Below, piece by piece: positions 10,651 to 22,600 of a stretch of DNA of 64,000 nt (positions within the stretch are counted from its first letter, which is position 1; each line of letters begins with the position of its first letter). This DNA comes from Trypanosoma brucei. Lineage: Eukaryota. The DNA lies in the NCBI GenBank assembly GCA_000002445.1, contig CP000068.1, forward strand, positions 640,001 to 704,000, read 5' to 3'. Made by a program: the position numbers and the translations under genes. The notes beneath the pieces were generated by a model. The model worked only from the letters and a program-made list of their open reading frames with translations. It had not been told where the DNA came from and did not search any database.

Positions 10651-12843
10651 TTAGCTGACCTGTTTGTTGCGGAACTCTTCCTGCAGGGTGCGCTCCTTCT
10701 GCTCCACTGCCTCCAACTGGCTAGCGACACACTCAAGCCGCCTCTTCATTTCCCTTTGTTCTGCCCTGCGCACCTCAGTGTAAAAGATGAGCTTTCTCTG
10801 TGCTTCCCGCAGCCGTTCACTCCAAAAAAGGCAAATGCTCTGGACCAACCGATGTATGCCGCAGCCGTAACCCTTGGCACCGTACTTCGCTGCAGTGCCG
10901 GACGCAGTGGGGCAAACATACGTATAACCGGAGCGGGGCGAGAAGCAAACACTTATTATACGTTCAGGGCATTTTACCCCCGGCTTTCCTGACCCCACCG
11001 ACTCCGAACACTCCGAGACGAGCGCTTCGACCTGCCCCCTTTGCTGGTGCAACTGATTGTCAAGTTGGATGATGGCTTCACTCGCTTTCACGGATCTCCA
11101 TAGATCAGGGTCAGACTCCTCTTGGCATTCTGCAACTTTAGAGACCTGCTCATCCAGCACACCTCCACCCCTTCGCAACCCCAGGGAGGCAGCACCAACG
11201 CCCTTCCTTTGTTGCGTGATCGCTCCAGGACCATTCACACACCCTTTTCGAGCAGCACTCCCATGCAGCAGCAGTTGTGTTGTTATACCGAGCTGATTCG
11301 CAATGAGGGCGTACACAAGTTGCCTTGTGGTTCCATCGCCCAAATCATCATTCACCACCTCGTTCACACCTTGGCACTGCTCATAACTGTCGCCACGGCT
11401 CCTTTTGCTGTGAAGAAACATGTGGCGTCCTACGGCCGCGACGCGCCGTTTTGCTTCACCAAGAAGGGTGCGACCACTCGGTGAGGTGAAGTCCAAAAGA
11501 ACTGGCGTGTCGCCGACTGATCCCACTGAGGGGCGCGACGAGGACCTCCCAAAGTCTTCACTAGCAGGAGCCGATGGTACCTCCTTGAGCCCCTCCTCTG
11601 CTTCATGGTTGCCAGGAAATGGGTCTGGAAGGTCACCGAACAAAGTATCGATGTTTGTTTCTGTTCCAGCGACGAGCTTGCGCGATTCATCAACCACACG
11701 TGGCAAGGAGGCAAAAAGATCGTCAAGATCCACACGCTCGTGACCAACGGAAGACGGGTCAGCATCACTTCTAGGTTCACCAACACTGCAGCCGCTGCCG
11801 GTGCTCTTAGACACCCACTCGAGTGAAGCCACAACCTTATTATTTTCCAACTGTGGTGTGAGGGAAGCTGCACCGGCGCTTGCAACACGCAACAAGTTCA
11901 AGTTTAAACCGGTAGACGACGCACCTTTCGGCGGCGGTAGGCCTGCATCTGAGTCAACGGTGCTGCGAAGCTCCTTGACAAGAACGCGCTGTTTCGGCTG
12001 TATCCCAGCAGCCCTTTTGTCTGTGCCAAGATCGATTGGCTGAAATTTTCCTTTTGTCGAGGCAATTGACTCTTCACCTTCACCGCCTTCCCCGATGTCC
12101 TCCGTAATGCTGTCCACAAGATATGCCTCACTCGGTCCGGAACGATCCTCCATCATGGCTCGTTCCATCCGCTTCTTCGCCCTGGCCGACAACGTGCCGG
12201 ATTCGATAGCCTCGCGGTTACTTTGGAGTTTAGCCAGGAAGCTTGTGTGCTCCAGCTGTTTCCTGCGCTCTTTGCGCAGCCCCTTTTTCCCATCTTGATT
12301 GGCCAATCGGCTCATGGCAAACTCGACCATCTCCTTCTCAGACGCTTCCATGTTTACAGCGTCTGGACGAGCGGTGCGCGTCTCGATACCCCTGTGGACC
12401 CCGCGCTGCCGCTTGCGCTCCTCAAGAAACTCTCCTAAGGTAAGGGAAGCACTGTTTCTGGACTCGCTGGACTCCTGCTGCCGCCTATACTCTAGTGCGT
12501 CAAGCAGGGAGTGATATTGCTCCTCGCACAACCACGCCGGCCTGTTCATACCACAACGACGTGACACTTCTTGAGATATCAGACTCCATTGGTTTGGAAA
12601 GAGCGACTGCAGTTGGACAAGGTTCTCCTCTTCCTCCGCCGTCCACGCTTCGTTAATGTTTAGCCGAGGGTCGAGAAAATTTTCCCAGCGCTCCCGGCAC
12701 TGGGTTGCAGTTTTTTTTACCAGCGTTGAGGCCACGCGTTCCCAGTTCTGCAGTCCATACACCGTAAGAGACGCACGGAGTACCTGATCTTCACTGTTTG
12801 TCCACGCACCTCCCTTGAAGTGTAGGCGCGTCATTTCCTCCAA
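10651..12843 (-). CDS. CDC5: CDC5/Cef1-like Myb-domain pre-mRNA splicing factor (730 aa)
   Basis: Two N-terminal Myb/SANT repeats: FKGGAWTNSEDQVLRASLTVYGLQNWERVASTLVKKTATQCRERWENFLDP and WTAEEEENLVQLQSLFPNQWSLIS. They parallel the CDC5L N-terminus (IKGGVWRNTEDEIL...QCKARWYEWLDP). True start is probably the second Met (MTRLHFKGG). Confidence 0.8.
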   Translation of the reverse strand: MEEMTRLHFKGGAWTNSEDQVLRASLTVYGLQNWERVASTLVKKTATQCRERWENFLDPRLNINEAWTAEEEENLVQLQSLFPNQWSLISQEVSRRCGMNRPAWLCEEQYHSLLDALEYRRQQESSESRNSASLTLGEFLEERKRQRGVHRGIETRTARPDAVNMEASEKEMVEFAMSRLANQDGKKGLRKERRKQLEHTSFLAKLQSNREAIESGTLSARAKKRMERAMMEDRSGPSEAYLVDSITEDIGEGGEGEESIASTKGKFQPIDLGTDKRAAGIQPKQRVLVKELRSTVDSDAGLPPPKGASSTGLNLNLLRVASAGAASLTPQLENNKVVASLEWVSKSTGSGCSVGEPRSDADPSSVGHERVDLDDLFASLPRVVDESRKLVAGTETNIDTLFGDLPDPFPGNHEAEEGLKEVPSAPASEDFGRSSSRPSVGSVGDTPVLLDFTSPSGRTLLGEAKRRVAAVGRHMFLHSKRSRGDSYEQCQGVNEVVNDDLGDGTTRQLVYALIANQLGITTQLLLHGSAARKGCVNGPGAITQQRKGVGAASLGLRRGGGVLDEQVSKVAECQEESDPDLWRSVKASEAIIQLDNQLHQQRGQVEALVSECSESVGSGKPGVKCPERIISVCFSPRSGYTYVCPTASGTAAKYGAKGYGCGIHRLVQSICLFWSERLREAQRKLIFYTEVRRAEQREMKRRLECVASQLEAVEQKERTLQEEFRNKQVS

Positions 12844-13242
12844 GCCAATCCTCCACGGTACAACCCCCTGCTTCTTCCCGTCGTAGGACCGCCACCATCA
12901 ATGCCACAACCGCATGACGAAGAGAGAGGGAGATGCAAAGGGGAAGAGGAAAGAAGGAAGAAAAAGAAGTGTGATATGGGAAGATTGGTCTCATGCATAA
13001 TGGATAAGGGGAAAAAAACTCTCAACAGAGGCATCGCAGTAGTTTTTGAAGGACGTAAGTGGTACGATAATTAACTTAACACCACAGCATCTCGTCGGGG
13101 GAAAAAAGTAACGGCACAAGGTAGACGGTGGCCATTTGGGAACATGAATATGTACCGAAATACTGACACGTTCACCCTCCGTTTCCTGGGAGCTGTTTGC
13201 CACCCATTATTACTCTCATCTCTTCCCATACCCCTCCCTCAC

Positions 13243-13264
13243 AACACACACACACACACACACC
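13243..13264. repeat. (AC)n microsatellite
   Basis: acacacacacacacacacacac, just 3' of the 634-aa gene. Confidence 0.9.
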
Positions 13265-13288
13265 GTCGAGACCTACATCAGGAAGCAC

Positions 13289-15193
13289 CTACACTACCGG
13301 CACCCCAACCTCGTTCGTTATTTTGCGCAGACTCGCGACAGCCTCAACACATGCCGATAATTCAGGTGGAACTTGTAGCGAGGGGTCGTGGACAAGACGC
13401 AACATGCGATGAACATCTTCCTCACGGAGAACCATATCATTCCCATCATTCACACCACCCTCACCGTGGGACTTCGCAGCACGTAGCCTCCGCAACTCTT
13501 TACTCCACTCACGCATAATGCGTCCATAAAAGTAGTAAATAGCCTCAGACTGGCAGAGGCCTAGACGGAGACAGAGATCAAATATTTCGTAGTCAATGGG
13601 GGGAATCTCTGGGGCACGCGGTGATGTGTTTGGGATGCGAGCGAGGGCACTGGCGCTAATAAGTTGGTTGCACTCTTGCTGGGCACGTTGAAGTGCCGGA
13701 GCATCGTGCTTGCCAAATACACTTGGTGCAAGACGGGTTGATCTCCCCTCAGCCTCATCTGCCAGCATTGGGGACCGCGGGCGGGTGGACGCGAGCGTGC
13801 CCACTTTAACTGGAAGAGGAGGTTTAATAATGGGCGGTGGAGCAACAAAAGGGGCGCTTCCATTTGTACAAACACAGCCCTCTTCTCCCCACACAGCCTC
13901 AGTGCCCTTTTGCTGTAGCGCGTCGCTTCCGTCAGTCGCATCGCCTTTTGGATGCGGGGATATACCACTGAGGCACTTGATATGGCGACGTACATGCCCC
14001 TCCAGTGGTACGACGTAATTTGTGTACAAACGTGCCTTTTCACGCAAATCCTCCTTGAGTTCATCGGAAAGTGTCAACGAAATGGTAACCTCAACGTCAC
14101 ACTCGCCTGTACCGGTTGGATTGCCGTCGGCGGCGCACCCCGTGTTAGAGGCCCAAACCACCCCACCATGGGTGCAACGACATTCCCTTAGGGCGCTTCT
14201 TATACTATCTCGCAACAGGTTCCGCCTTGTCTCCAACACATAACGAACGTTCTCGTTTCCCCTCCCCACGCCCTCGGGTGTCGCTGTATATCTCCTGCTG
14301 TCCTCGATACCTTTGTTTCTTTCTCTACTGCTACCGCAGCCAACCTGTTGGTCTCTTTGCTCACAGTCGGGAAATGGGTCAAGGTAGGAGTGGGACTGAA
14401 CTGCAAACGTGACCGTGGGAGATTCCAACTCACCATCAGGGAAGAAGCGGGAAATATCGTAGCCCTCTAACGAAAGCTGCAGTCGTCTCTGTCGCAGCTC
14501 GCTGAAGGATGGTGTGTCCGCCGCAGGTGGCTCCACAGGGGCGATAAAGGCGATGTCGATAGGCTGGCGAATAGCCCCGCTCCAAAAGCACAGCCCCTGT
14601 GCCGCGGACTCAGGACTCATGACGAACAGCATGCCCGGGATAATGGAAGCGCCAAGAGTTGAGCACTGTGGACCGCTCACAAAATCAGCAGCCGTACCGG
14701 TGGTTGGGTCAGTTACCACTCCAAGTGAGTCTTCCACTTCTTTCCACCCCTTAGTCGCAACCGCGCTCCCACCGTCGACGGCCCCCCCACTGCCGCCAAG
14801 TCCGTGTCGCACACCGACCTCCCCAAGCACGCTTCCACCATTTCCCGGAGGCTCGAGCACACTCATGGAGAGCCCGCGTTGCACTTCCCAGGGAAGCACC
14901 GCTGACCACAGCAACAATCGAACGCGCTTCGTGTAGCTAAGCGACGCGGCCTCTCCTGGTCGACGACAGACTTCCCCACTCATTTTGGGGTCACCTTGAG
15001 TGTAAACACGTGACATCGATTTAACTGAGGGGTGCACCGTGATGCATAGCTCCGCGGGGAAGGCTGGTTTCGCTTGAAGTGACTGGCATTCCGTGTAGTC
15101 CAGCCAGTCCTTCAGCACCCGCCGTAACGCTGTGCCGTCCCTCGAAACAGGAAACGTGACATGACTTCTGGCAATATCAAACACAGATTTCAT
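13289..15193 (-). CDS. Hypothetical protein (634 aa)
   Basis: Long ORF in the cluster orientation. The overlapping plus-strand ORFs are much shorter. No recognised domain. Confidence 0.5.
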   Translation of the reverse strand: MKSVFDIARSHVTFPVSRDGTALRRVLKDWLDYTECQSLQAKPAFPAELCITVHPSVKSMSRVYTQGDPKMSGEVCRRPGEAASLSYTKRVRLLLWSAVLPWEVQRGLSMSVLEPPGNGGSVLGEVGVRHGLGGSGGAVDGGSAVATKGWKEVEDSLGVVTDPTTGTAADFVSGPQCSTLGASIIPGMLFVMSPESAAQGLCFWSGAIRQPIDIAFIAPVEPPAADTPSFSELRQRRLQLSLEGYDISRFFPDGELESPTVTFAVQSHSYLDPFPDCEQRDQQVGCGSSRERNKGIEDSRRYTATPEGVGRGNENVRYVLETRRNLLRDSIRSALRECRCTHGGVVWASNTGCAADGNPTGTGECDVEVTISLTLSDELKEDLREKARLYTNYVVPLEGHVRRHIKCLSGISPHPKGDATDGSDALQQKGTEAVWGEEGCVCTNGSAPFVAPPPIIKPPLPVKVGTLASTRPRSPMLADEAEGRSTRLAPSVFGKHDAPALQRAQQECNQLISASALARIPNTSPRAPEIPPIDYEIFDLCLRLGLCQSEAIYYFYGRIMREWSKELRRLRAAKSHGEGGVNDGNDMVLREEDVHRMLRLVHDPSLQVPPELSACVEAVASLRKITNEVGVPVV

Positions 15194-15646
15194 TCTGCCA
15201 GTCTGGTAGCCGGTGTTTAATCAACGTCTCTTCTCCCTTGGAAAACCGCATTGCTGTCACTGGAACTCGTGGACTTGCCAGCTAGAAACAAATAAGAGAA
15301 TGCAGAAGACGAAAAAGAGCAAAGGCGAGAAAAGAACGAAAGGAAGGGGAAACCACGAGAAACAACCTGCGCCAGACCGACAGCTTGTGCATAAGGTTGT
15401 GGATGCCTTTCTTTATTTGATTTTGACATACCTCACCCGGCCGCTCCGGCAAAAGCCACGTCCGACACCGAGATGATTCGGAATACTCCGAGGTTTCCAA
15501 CTTTAAACTCTCTATACCATGATCGCTATATCTGTCCTTCGTTCAACAATCCTATTACTTTCTCGTTCATGTTTTCCTCCCTGTCTACCCCTGATCTTTT
15601 TTTTTAAAGGAACAATTTCCCGCATATGATTGTGTAATATATATAT

Positions 15647-15668
15647 ATATATATATATGTAAAGCTAC
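15647..15668. repeat. (TA)n microsatellite
   Basis: tatatatatatatatatatata in an intergenic region. Confidence 0.9.
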
Positions 15669-16343
15669 ATTGAATAAGTTCTCCTTAGCTGAACATTAAA
15701 TGAAGGTGGTCGCTATTTTCCTTGTTTTTCTTCTTTTCCCCAGCCTTCCGGTGCAAAGTGTCACTAACCGGTGGTAGCTGTGGTCCAGCACCGTAACGAA
15801 CGACCACAGAATACAGGAAAAAACAGGGGGATAAATCGCAACGTACGGGCACACATCCTCCGTAAGCCGAATTTCACCACCCACGCATCAACAAATGGTA
15901 CACAACCCAAAACCGCAGTAGAAAAGTTGAAACATAAAAAGGTTGGAAAGCGCTAATTATAGGGCAGGTAAGAAGGGAAGAAAGAAAATCCACGACCCTC
16001 ATCTAGAGGATTTTTCTTCGTCTCCATATGTTCTTTTTCCCTTTCCCTTCGTTTTACCTTACTAACTGCTGGGTGACAACAGGCGGATTCACCACCCTCC
16101 AATCCAGTGCGTGTTGCCAGAGGGGTAGGATATCGTTTCAGGAAAATTTATAGCACACCAACCGCATATTTACGTAATCACAGAAAATGGAAAGAGAAAA
16201 CTTACGCTTCCTAATAACCACTAACGCCACAACGTATTGCAAGTACGGGGAAAAACAAACAAAGTACCAAGTTTTTTTTTTTAACCGCATATCCGACGAT
16301 CGTGCTGAAACGGCGACCACAAAGTGAATAGGTTTATGCACGT

Positions 16344-17819
16344 TTAAAGTTTGGCAACACCGTGACTTCCACTCTCACGCAGACCAGCGCCCGTCATGCG
16401 CACGAAACGCGTCCTCCGCTGCATCTCCTCGATCGACTTGGCACCGCTGTATGACATACCGGAGCGCAAACCACCTACCAGCTGTCGAACGATTGGCCCA
16501 ACGGGCCCTTTGCACGCCACACTCCCCTCCACACCCTCAGGGACCAAAGATGAGAAGACATCTTCATCCTGAGTTCGTTCCCGCTCGGCCTTGCTTAGGT
16601 TGGCACCGAATCCCGCCATCCCCCGAATGATCTTGACCTTCTGCCCATCCTTAACGAGCACACGACCCGGAGCTTCGTCCGTTCCAGCGAGCATATTTCC
16701 CAACATCACAGTGTCAGCACCAGCACCAATCGCCTTGCTGATATCCCCGGACGTCCGCAGTCCACCATCGGCAATACAAGGTACACCCCTGCGACGTGCC
16801 ACCCGCGTGCATGCCAACACAGCGCTTAGTTGAGGCACACCGGCGCCAGCAACGAGGCGGGTAATGCAAATACTCCCAGGACCGACACCAATTTTCAGCC
16901 CATCGGCACCAGCATCAATTAACGCCTCCGCAGCCTCGGCTGACGCGATGTTCCCGGCGATAATATCCACACTAGCGGTGCGCGGGTCCCCCTTAAGGCG
17001 CTTTACCATATTGATACACAGATCGCTGTGTCCGTGTGCAATATCGACCACAAGAACATCGGCACCAGCCTCCACGAGTCTGATGGCGCGGTTCATGTCG
17101 TCTTTCTTCACACCCACGGCAGCCCCGACAAGAAGGCGACCACGGGAGTCAAGCGACGCCTGTTTGTTCTTTCTCAACTTCACAACATCAGAGAGAGTCA
17201 CAAGGTACAGCAACTGACCGTTTTGCCCAACGATAGGAACGTTTGCCGTGCGCCCCTTCCGCATCAAGTGCGTTACCTCCTCCAGCGATATGGATGTATT
17301 CGTCGAAACCACCATTTTGTCTACGGGCGTCATTAGTGATTCCACTGTCGTGCTCTCGTCAGCGAGTTTAAGATCGTGTCTGGTGATTATGCCCAACAGT
17401 TTGCGCTCATTCTTGCAGTTCACAACCAATAGGCAACCCACGCCACCCACGCGCCCCTTCCAGTTCAACCCCTCCCATGCCTCACGAGCCGTTTCGTGAG
17501 GCAAAATTATGCGGGGGCTCTCAATAAGGAAGGACTGTGCGCGCTTCACCTCCCGCAGCATCGCGCACTGCTCCTCAATGCTGCAAAAGCGATGTAAAAT
17601 ACCAATACCCCCCTCACGAGCCATGGCGACCGCCATCCGCTGTTCACACACCGTGTCCATGTTACTGGCAACGATAGGAATGCTGAGTTTTACATTACGC
17701 GAGAGTCGAGTGGTGGTATTCACCTCCTTGCGGGAGGTCACCCGGCTGTGCTGCGGGATTATGAGGACATCATCGTACGTGAGACCTGTGGGAATGGATG
17801 CCGATTCATTGAAGGACAT
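16344..17819 (-). CDS. IMP dehydrogenase / GMP reductase family enzyme with CBS pair and C-terminal PTS1-like AKL; length suggests trypanosomatid GMP reductase
   Basis: [14 protein letters not shown]-terminus, [11 protein letters not shown], and [17 protein letters not shown]. Catalytic Cys loop is [24 protein letters not shown]-like insert lies between. Terminal tripeptide is AKL. Confidence 0.85.
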   Translation of the reverse strand: MSFNESASIPTGLTYDDVLIIPQHSRVTSRKEVNTTTRLSRNVKLSIPIVASNMDTVCEQRMAVAMAREGGIGILHRFCSIEEQCAMLREVKRAQSFLIESPRIILPHETAREAWEGLNWKGRVGGVGCLLVVNCKNERKLLGIITRHDLKLADESTTVESLMTPVDKMVVSTNTSISLEEVTHLMRKGRTANVPIVGQNGQLLYLVTLSDVVKLRKNKQASLDSRGRLLVGAAVGVKKDDMNRAIRLVEAGADVLVVDIAHGHSDLCINMVKRLKGDPRTASVDIIAGNIASAEAAEALIDAGADGLKIGVGPGSICITRLVAGAGVPQLSAVLACTRVARRRGVPCIADGGLRTSGDISKAIGAGADTVMLGNMLAGTDEAPGRVLVKDGQKVKIIRGMAGFGANLSKAERERTQDEDVFSSLVPEGVEGSVACKGPVGPIVRQLVGGLRSGMSYSGAKSIEEMQRRTRFVRMTGAGLRESGSHGVAKL

Positions 17820-19120
17820 TTAAGCGATATGCAGTTAACGTATGTATATATACGTATTAATAGACCGATCTTCGACAAAGTTTGCGATAAATCCTTTTTT
17901 AAAAAACTTAAACAAGGGGGAAAATACAAATTGAATAAAAAGGGAAAGTTTCGAAAGTGCTACACACGGGATATGCGCTCAAGTAGTATAGTGCAGACAA
18001 GTGAGGGCATTGTGTGCGTAGCAAAATGACGCAGAAGGGCGAATAAGAGAAAAACACCTACAGCAGTTTGTGGTGTTGCTCCGCGCTAGGAAAACAAGAG
18101 AGAAAAAAGCGAATGATTCCTCGTGTACAGCCCAGCAGTAACGCTCACAAGTGTGTGTGTGGGAACCGGCTGGCGCATGCCCGCGCAACTTTCTCTTGAC
18201 AAGGCGCTATAAGGTGCAATTTGGTACACGTATAGGGCAGCAAAAGGGGGGAAATAAAAAAACAGTTAGTGCAACATAAGCAACAACGGAATCAAATCGA
18301 AACAAACAGAAAAAAGAAAAATGTGGTGGAGGGAACGGCGGAAATGGTGCAGGGGCAAAAGTTGACGCCCAACACTAGGAAGCAATAAAAGAAGGAAGCA
18401 AATGCGTGACGGCTCCCCCCCCCCTCCTCCTCCTCCAAATAGGCAAAAAATACACACAGACGGAAACCGTCTAATGCACATAAATGAGCAACGAACCCAA
18501 ATACGCCTGTGACAAGTGTGGCGTGACCCCCGTCGCGTTCCCTTCGATCCCTCACCTCCCCGTTCCCACAGACGGACTGAGAAAACGTTGAAAGGAGCAA
18601 ATTAATAGTAACTAAAGGGAATAAGTGTTGATCGTGGGACCAAGGAGAAACCATATATATGTTGCACAATCGGTTAGAGGGAAAAAAAGGAACCCTCCTT
18701 TGCAGCTGTGTGTTTGTGGAGGCGGAGGGGGGGACTCATGTCGCGAATCGAAAGAATGAGGATAGGGCCAAGGTAACAGCAAAAAAATGTTCATAACAAC
18801 AACCACAAAAACAAAAGCAGCATCGCAATAATTGTGTTCCCCCGTCATCCTGTGCTGCCGCTTCCTACTTCCCCAGTTCCTCCAGTGCAAAGATAAGCAC
18901 AACAGTACACGCTCATCTGTCCACTTTTTCGCTCCACTTCGCTCGCCATTCCTCATTTTTATTTTTATTATTTACCGTGCTGAGTGCTGGACGGTGGTGT
19001 TCTTGCGTTCGCCACACAGACAAAAAAGGAAAATATGTAGGGATAGGGGTATATTGATAACAGAAATATGTTGTGGGGGCGAAATAAAAAATGTGCAACC
19101 CTTAGCCTCCCTTACACACA

Positions 19121-19190
19121 CATATATATATATATATATCCTTCACTTGTACATGCACATCCAAGCGCAGACACACACACACACAGTTAT
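19121..19190. repeat. Compound (TA)n ... (CA)n microsatellite region
   Basis: catatatatatatatatat followed ~30 bp later by acacacacacacaca, in the intergenic region upstream of the kinesin gene. Confidence 0.85.
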
Positions 19191-19614
19191 TTTGCTTTCC
19201 TTCCCTTTGCGTTTACATATTTGATATCGTCTTATATCTATCTGCCACCACCATCCCCGCTTGCTTGCGCAGTTTCCAACAGAAGAGAATGGAGCATAAC
19301 CCCAATTTCCACGTATCAACGAAAAAAGTCAATGAAAACGAAGGTAAACAAACGCAAAAAAAAAAAAAAGAACGGCACAATGGGGAATTGGTAGGAAGCG
19401 CTGCTAATATATAAACGACTCCACAAGTCGTGGTGTAGAGCCAAAAGGCAGAGAAGGAAAAGGAGAATAAGCGGGGGGAAAGAAAGTAAAACATATATAC
19501 ATGCGCGGCTGCAATACGTGTATGCCACATTCTTGAAAAATGCCGCAGCATTGTGTACACTCTTAGTCAACCACCTCGGTCAGGCTCAACCACGCGGACC
19601 ACTGTCCCCCTCCC

Positions 19615-22600
19615 TTAGAAATCAGCTCTTCGGACGTTCTCCACTTCACCAAGAGCAAATAGATCCTTCTTGCGCCGCCGCTCCTCCTTTGCGCGTTCGA
19701 GCGCATTTTGTATTTGTTCCTTCTTCTCATACACTTGCGCCTCTTCCGCCGTCTGTCCCATTCGCCGCAGCAACCGCATGTGGTCCACCTTGTGCTCTTC
19801 AACGGCATTGCGCAGTTCTTCACATTCACAAACTTTTCGGTCGTAGTCTTCTTTGCATTTGTCCACCTCCATTTCCATTTTCTTGATCTTCTTCTTTAGC
19901 TTCTTCATTTTCGCCTCGATCTGCTCGGTCTCATCGCGGTGATTTTGTGTGGATTCCTGTAGGCGTTGGTTAAGCACGCGTTGGAAGTTCTCATCCCGTT
20001 CCTGGATCTTTTGGCGGTACTGCATCTCTTTCTCCTGCCATTCTGCCATTCCGTCGCGTAGTTTCTGCTGCAACGCCTCTGATTTTTGATTGCTTCGCAC
20101 AATTAGTGCTTTCTGCTTCTCAAGAAGCCCTCGCATTTGCTCAACTTGCTCCCCTCGCTCCTTTAACCGAGAGGTGAGATTAGCAATTTCGTCTGCGCCC
20201 CCTTGCGAATTCTCCAACCGTCGCTCGTACTCACTCATTGTTTCGCGCATCTTACCTTGAAGTTCAACATACCGCTTCTCCGCCTCAGCCGCCTCTGCAC
20301 GCAGCGCCTTGACTTCCTCTTGCAGGGATACTCTTGCCTGCGCGAGTGCCGCATTTCGCTCCCGCTCTTCCTCTAACTCAACGCGAATGTCGTCAGCGTC
20401 TGCAAGCAATGAGGAGCCACGCTTCAGACCAGTGGCTGCGGTATCACCGGCGTTCTTCGAGTGTTTGTCCCGCCTTGTTGGTGAATTCGCGGTCTTGGCG
20501 ACCTCGTTACGCAGCTCTGCCGTCGCCTGTAGACGAAGGTTTTCTACCTCAGCGGTGAGTTGTGAGGACCTCTGGCGTAACTCGTTATTCTCTTGCACTA
20601 CCCTGCGAAGCTCCTCTCTTAGATCTACTGGGGCTTCGGAGGATTCAGTAAGCGCTTCGAGAATACGATTACGTTGACCGTGGGCCTTGTTTACGTTATC
20701 GTGTAAACTTGATAGAGCATTAGCGTACACCTGAGCCTCTGATGCATCCACAGCCTTCAGCTTCTTCAATGCCTTTTGTGAGGCAGCTGCGTCTCCGTTC
20801 AGGGCTACCATTGGCACAATTTGGGCTTCACGCACGACAGCAACCAAATCCGTTGTGATATTCTGCATGGTCTTCATGTGTTCCACTGCAATATTATACG
20901 TTTTGTCATCCTCCTTAAGAATGTTTCTGAGTTGTTTCACAACAGCTGAGTCACTCTCGCCAGGAGTGCTTAGTATCTCTCGCGCCTGCTTCATCTGCTC
21001 CAAGTATGCGCGAGTTGTCTCATCCTGAGTTTTCTGAATCTCTTGCAGCTTGGCCTCCACATTCGCCATAGCACCTCTACCTTCCAATTCTTTCTGGGCG
21101 CTCTCCAGAGCAATCCGCAGCTTCGCCACCTCCTTCTCGCTGGCCGCCGATCCCCCGTCCTCTGAGTTTGATGAAACCGCCGCGGAACTTGCTGCATTCT
21201 TTAGTGCTTCCTTTGCCTCGCTTAACTTCTTCTCGTACTTCTTAAGCTTGCTCTCTGCTGACTTCAGAGCAGCTTTACTCTCCTGCATCTTCTCACTCAT
21301 TTCCTTTTTCATTGCTTCACGTTCCTGTAGAGACTGCTTCAGCTCCATCTGGACCTTTTGAAGCTCATTCTGCACCCCTACCATCTCCGAGCTGTGTCTT
21401 TCATGCGCCCTCCCACGCAATACAGCCTCGAGCTCTGTGGCATTGTTAATCTTTTCCTCCCCACCCTCCGTGCGCAGGTAGTGGGAGCAGAGACGGAGTA
21501 TCTCTTCCCTCTGCAGCCGCTCCGCGTTGATATTCGATTCCGCGAGTTGCTGATCACTCTGCAGCGTGGCAATCCGCTCCTCCAGTTCTGCAATCGTTGC
21601 AGTGAGGTTTTGTCGCTCCTGTTCCATCATCGCTTTGATGTTCTCAAAGTCCGCGCGATCAGCCTCGCGTGCCTTTACAGCATTGTCGAGACTCACCTGC
21701 ATCTCCCCCATCTTTTCCGTCAGATCATCTACATCTTGCTCCAGCGCCCCAGTCCCTCCTGCGTCGTACTTCTTCAACTTCTCCCGCAGTTCGTGCACTA
21801 ATTCCGTCAACTCAACAATCTTCTGATCTTTGGTATCCAAGTTCACAACAGGCTTGTTTTTGATTTGCTTTGCACGATCCGCGAAACGCAGGGTGCTTAT
21901 TGTCTCAGACACGTTGTGTTCGCTGGGGTTAATGTTCGCAAACATCACCGTCTTGCTGGAACCACCGAGGGAATCCTTCAATATCATCGTGAGAGGACTG
22001 CTACGGAACGGCACGTGCCCTTTACCCTTAACAATTGTGTCGATTACGGTGCCGAGTGCACTAAGTGAGAGGTTGATATTACATCCTTCCTTCAGCGTAT
22101 CGCCTAGTGCACCCGTTTTGCTCTGACGCTCGGAACCAGCAAGGTCGACAAGGTTAAGCTTGCTTGTTACCGAACGGGAATCACCGTCTTCAGACACTTC
22201 CGTGCACTCAATAATGAGAGTGAAAACGGAGTGTGAACGAGAGCTGTCAGCATTAAGTTCCGTTGCGGCGACACGGCGGCGCTCCGTTCCCTCCTCCATT
22301 TGGTGGAAAATATCGTCAATACACTTTACCTGGGGGATATGTGCCCCCTGCACGAAGAATGACTTGTCTTTATTCTCTTTCAGGGCCAATGGCACTTGCT
22401 GGCGCGCAAGTAAGTCGTGGACCTTGCCGTTGTATAACTCAATGAATGAAACGTAGAGGGAAAACTGTTTATTCGGCTCCGTTGCCTTCATCGAGCTTAT
22501 GCGGTCGAACACGTGCTCGAAGCTGCGCGGTGTTAGACCCTTCAGATCTTCATCTCCCAGTTTCCCAGTCATCGTGTGCGTCTTACCGGACCCTGACTGC

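Noticed and set aside
18411-18422. C12/G-run and other homopolymer tracts (e.g. 1258-1267 A10, 49461-49480 G-rich) as regulatory elements
   Set aside because: Homopolymer runs are common in trypanosomatid intergenic DNA. There is no basis to assign function from sequence alone.
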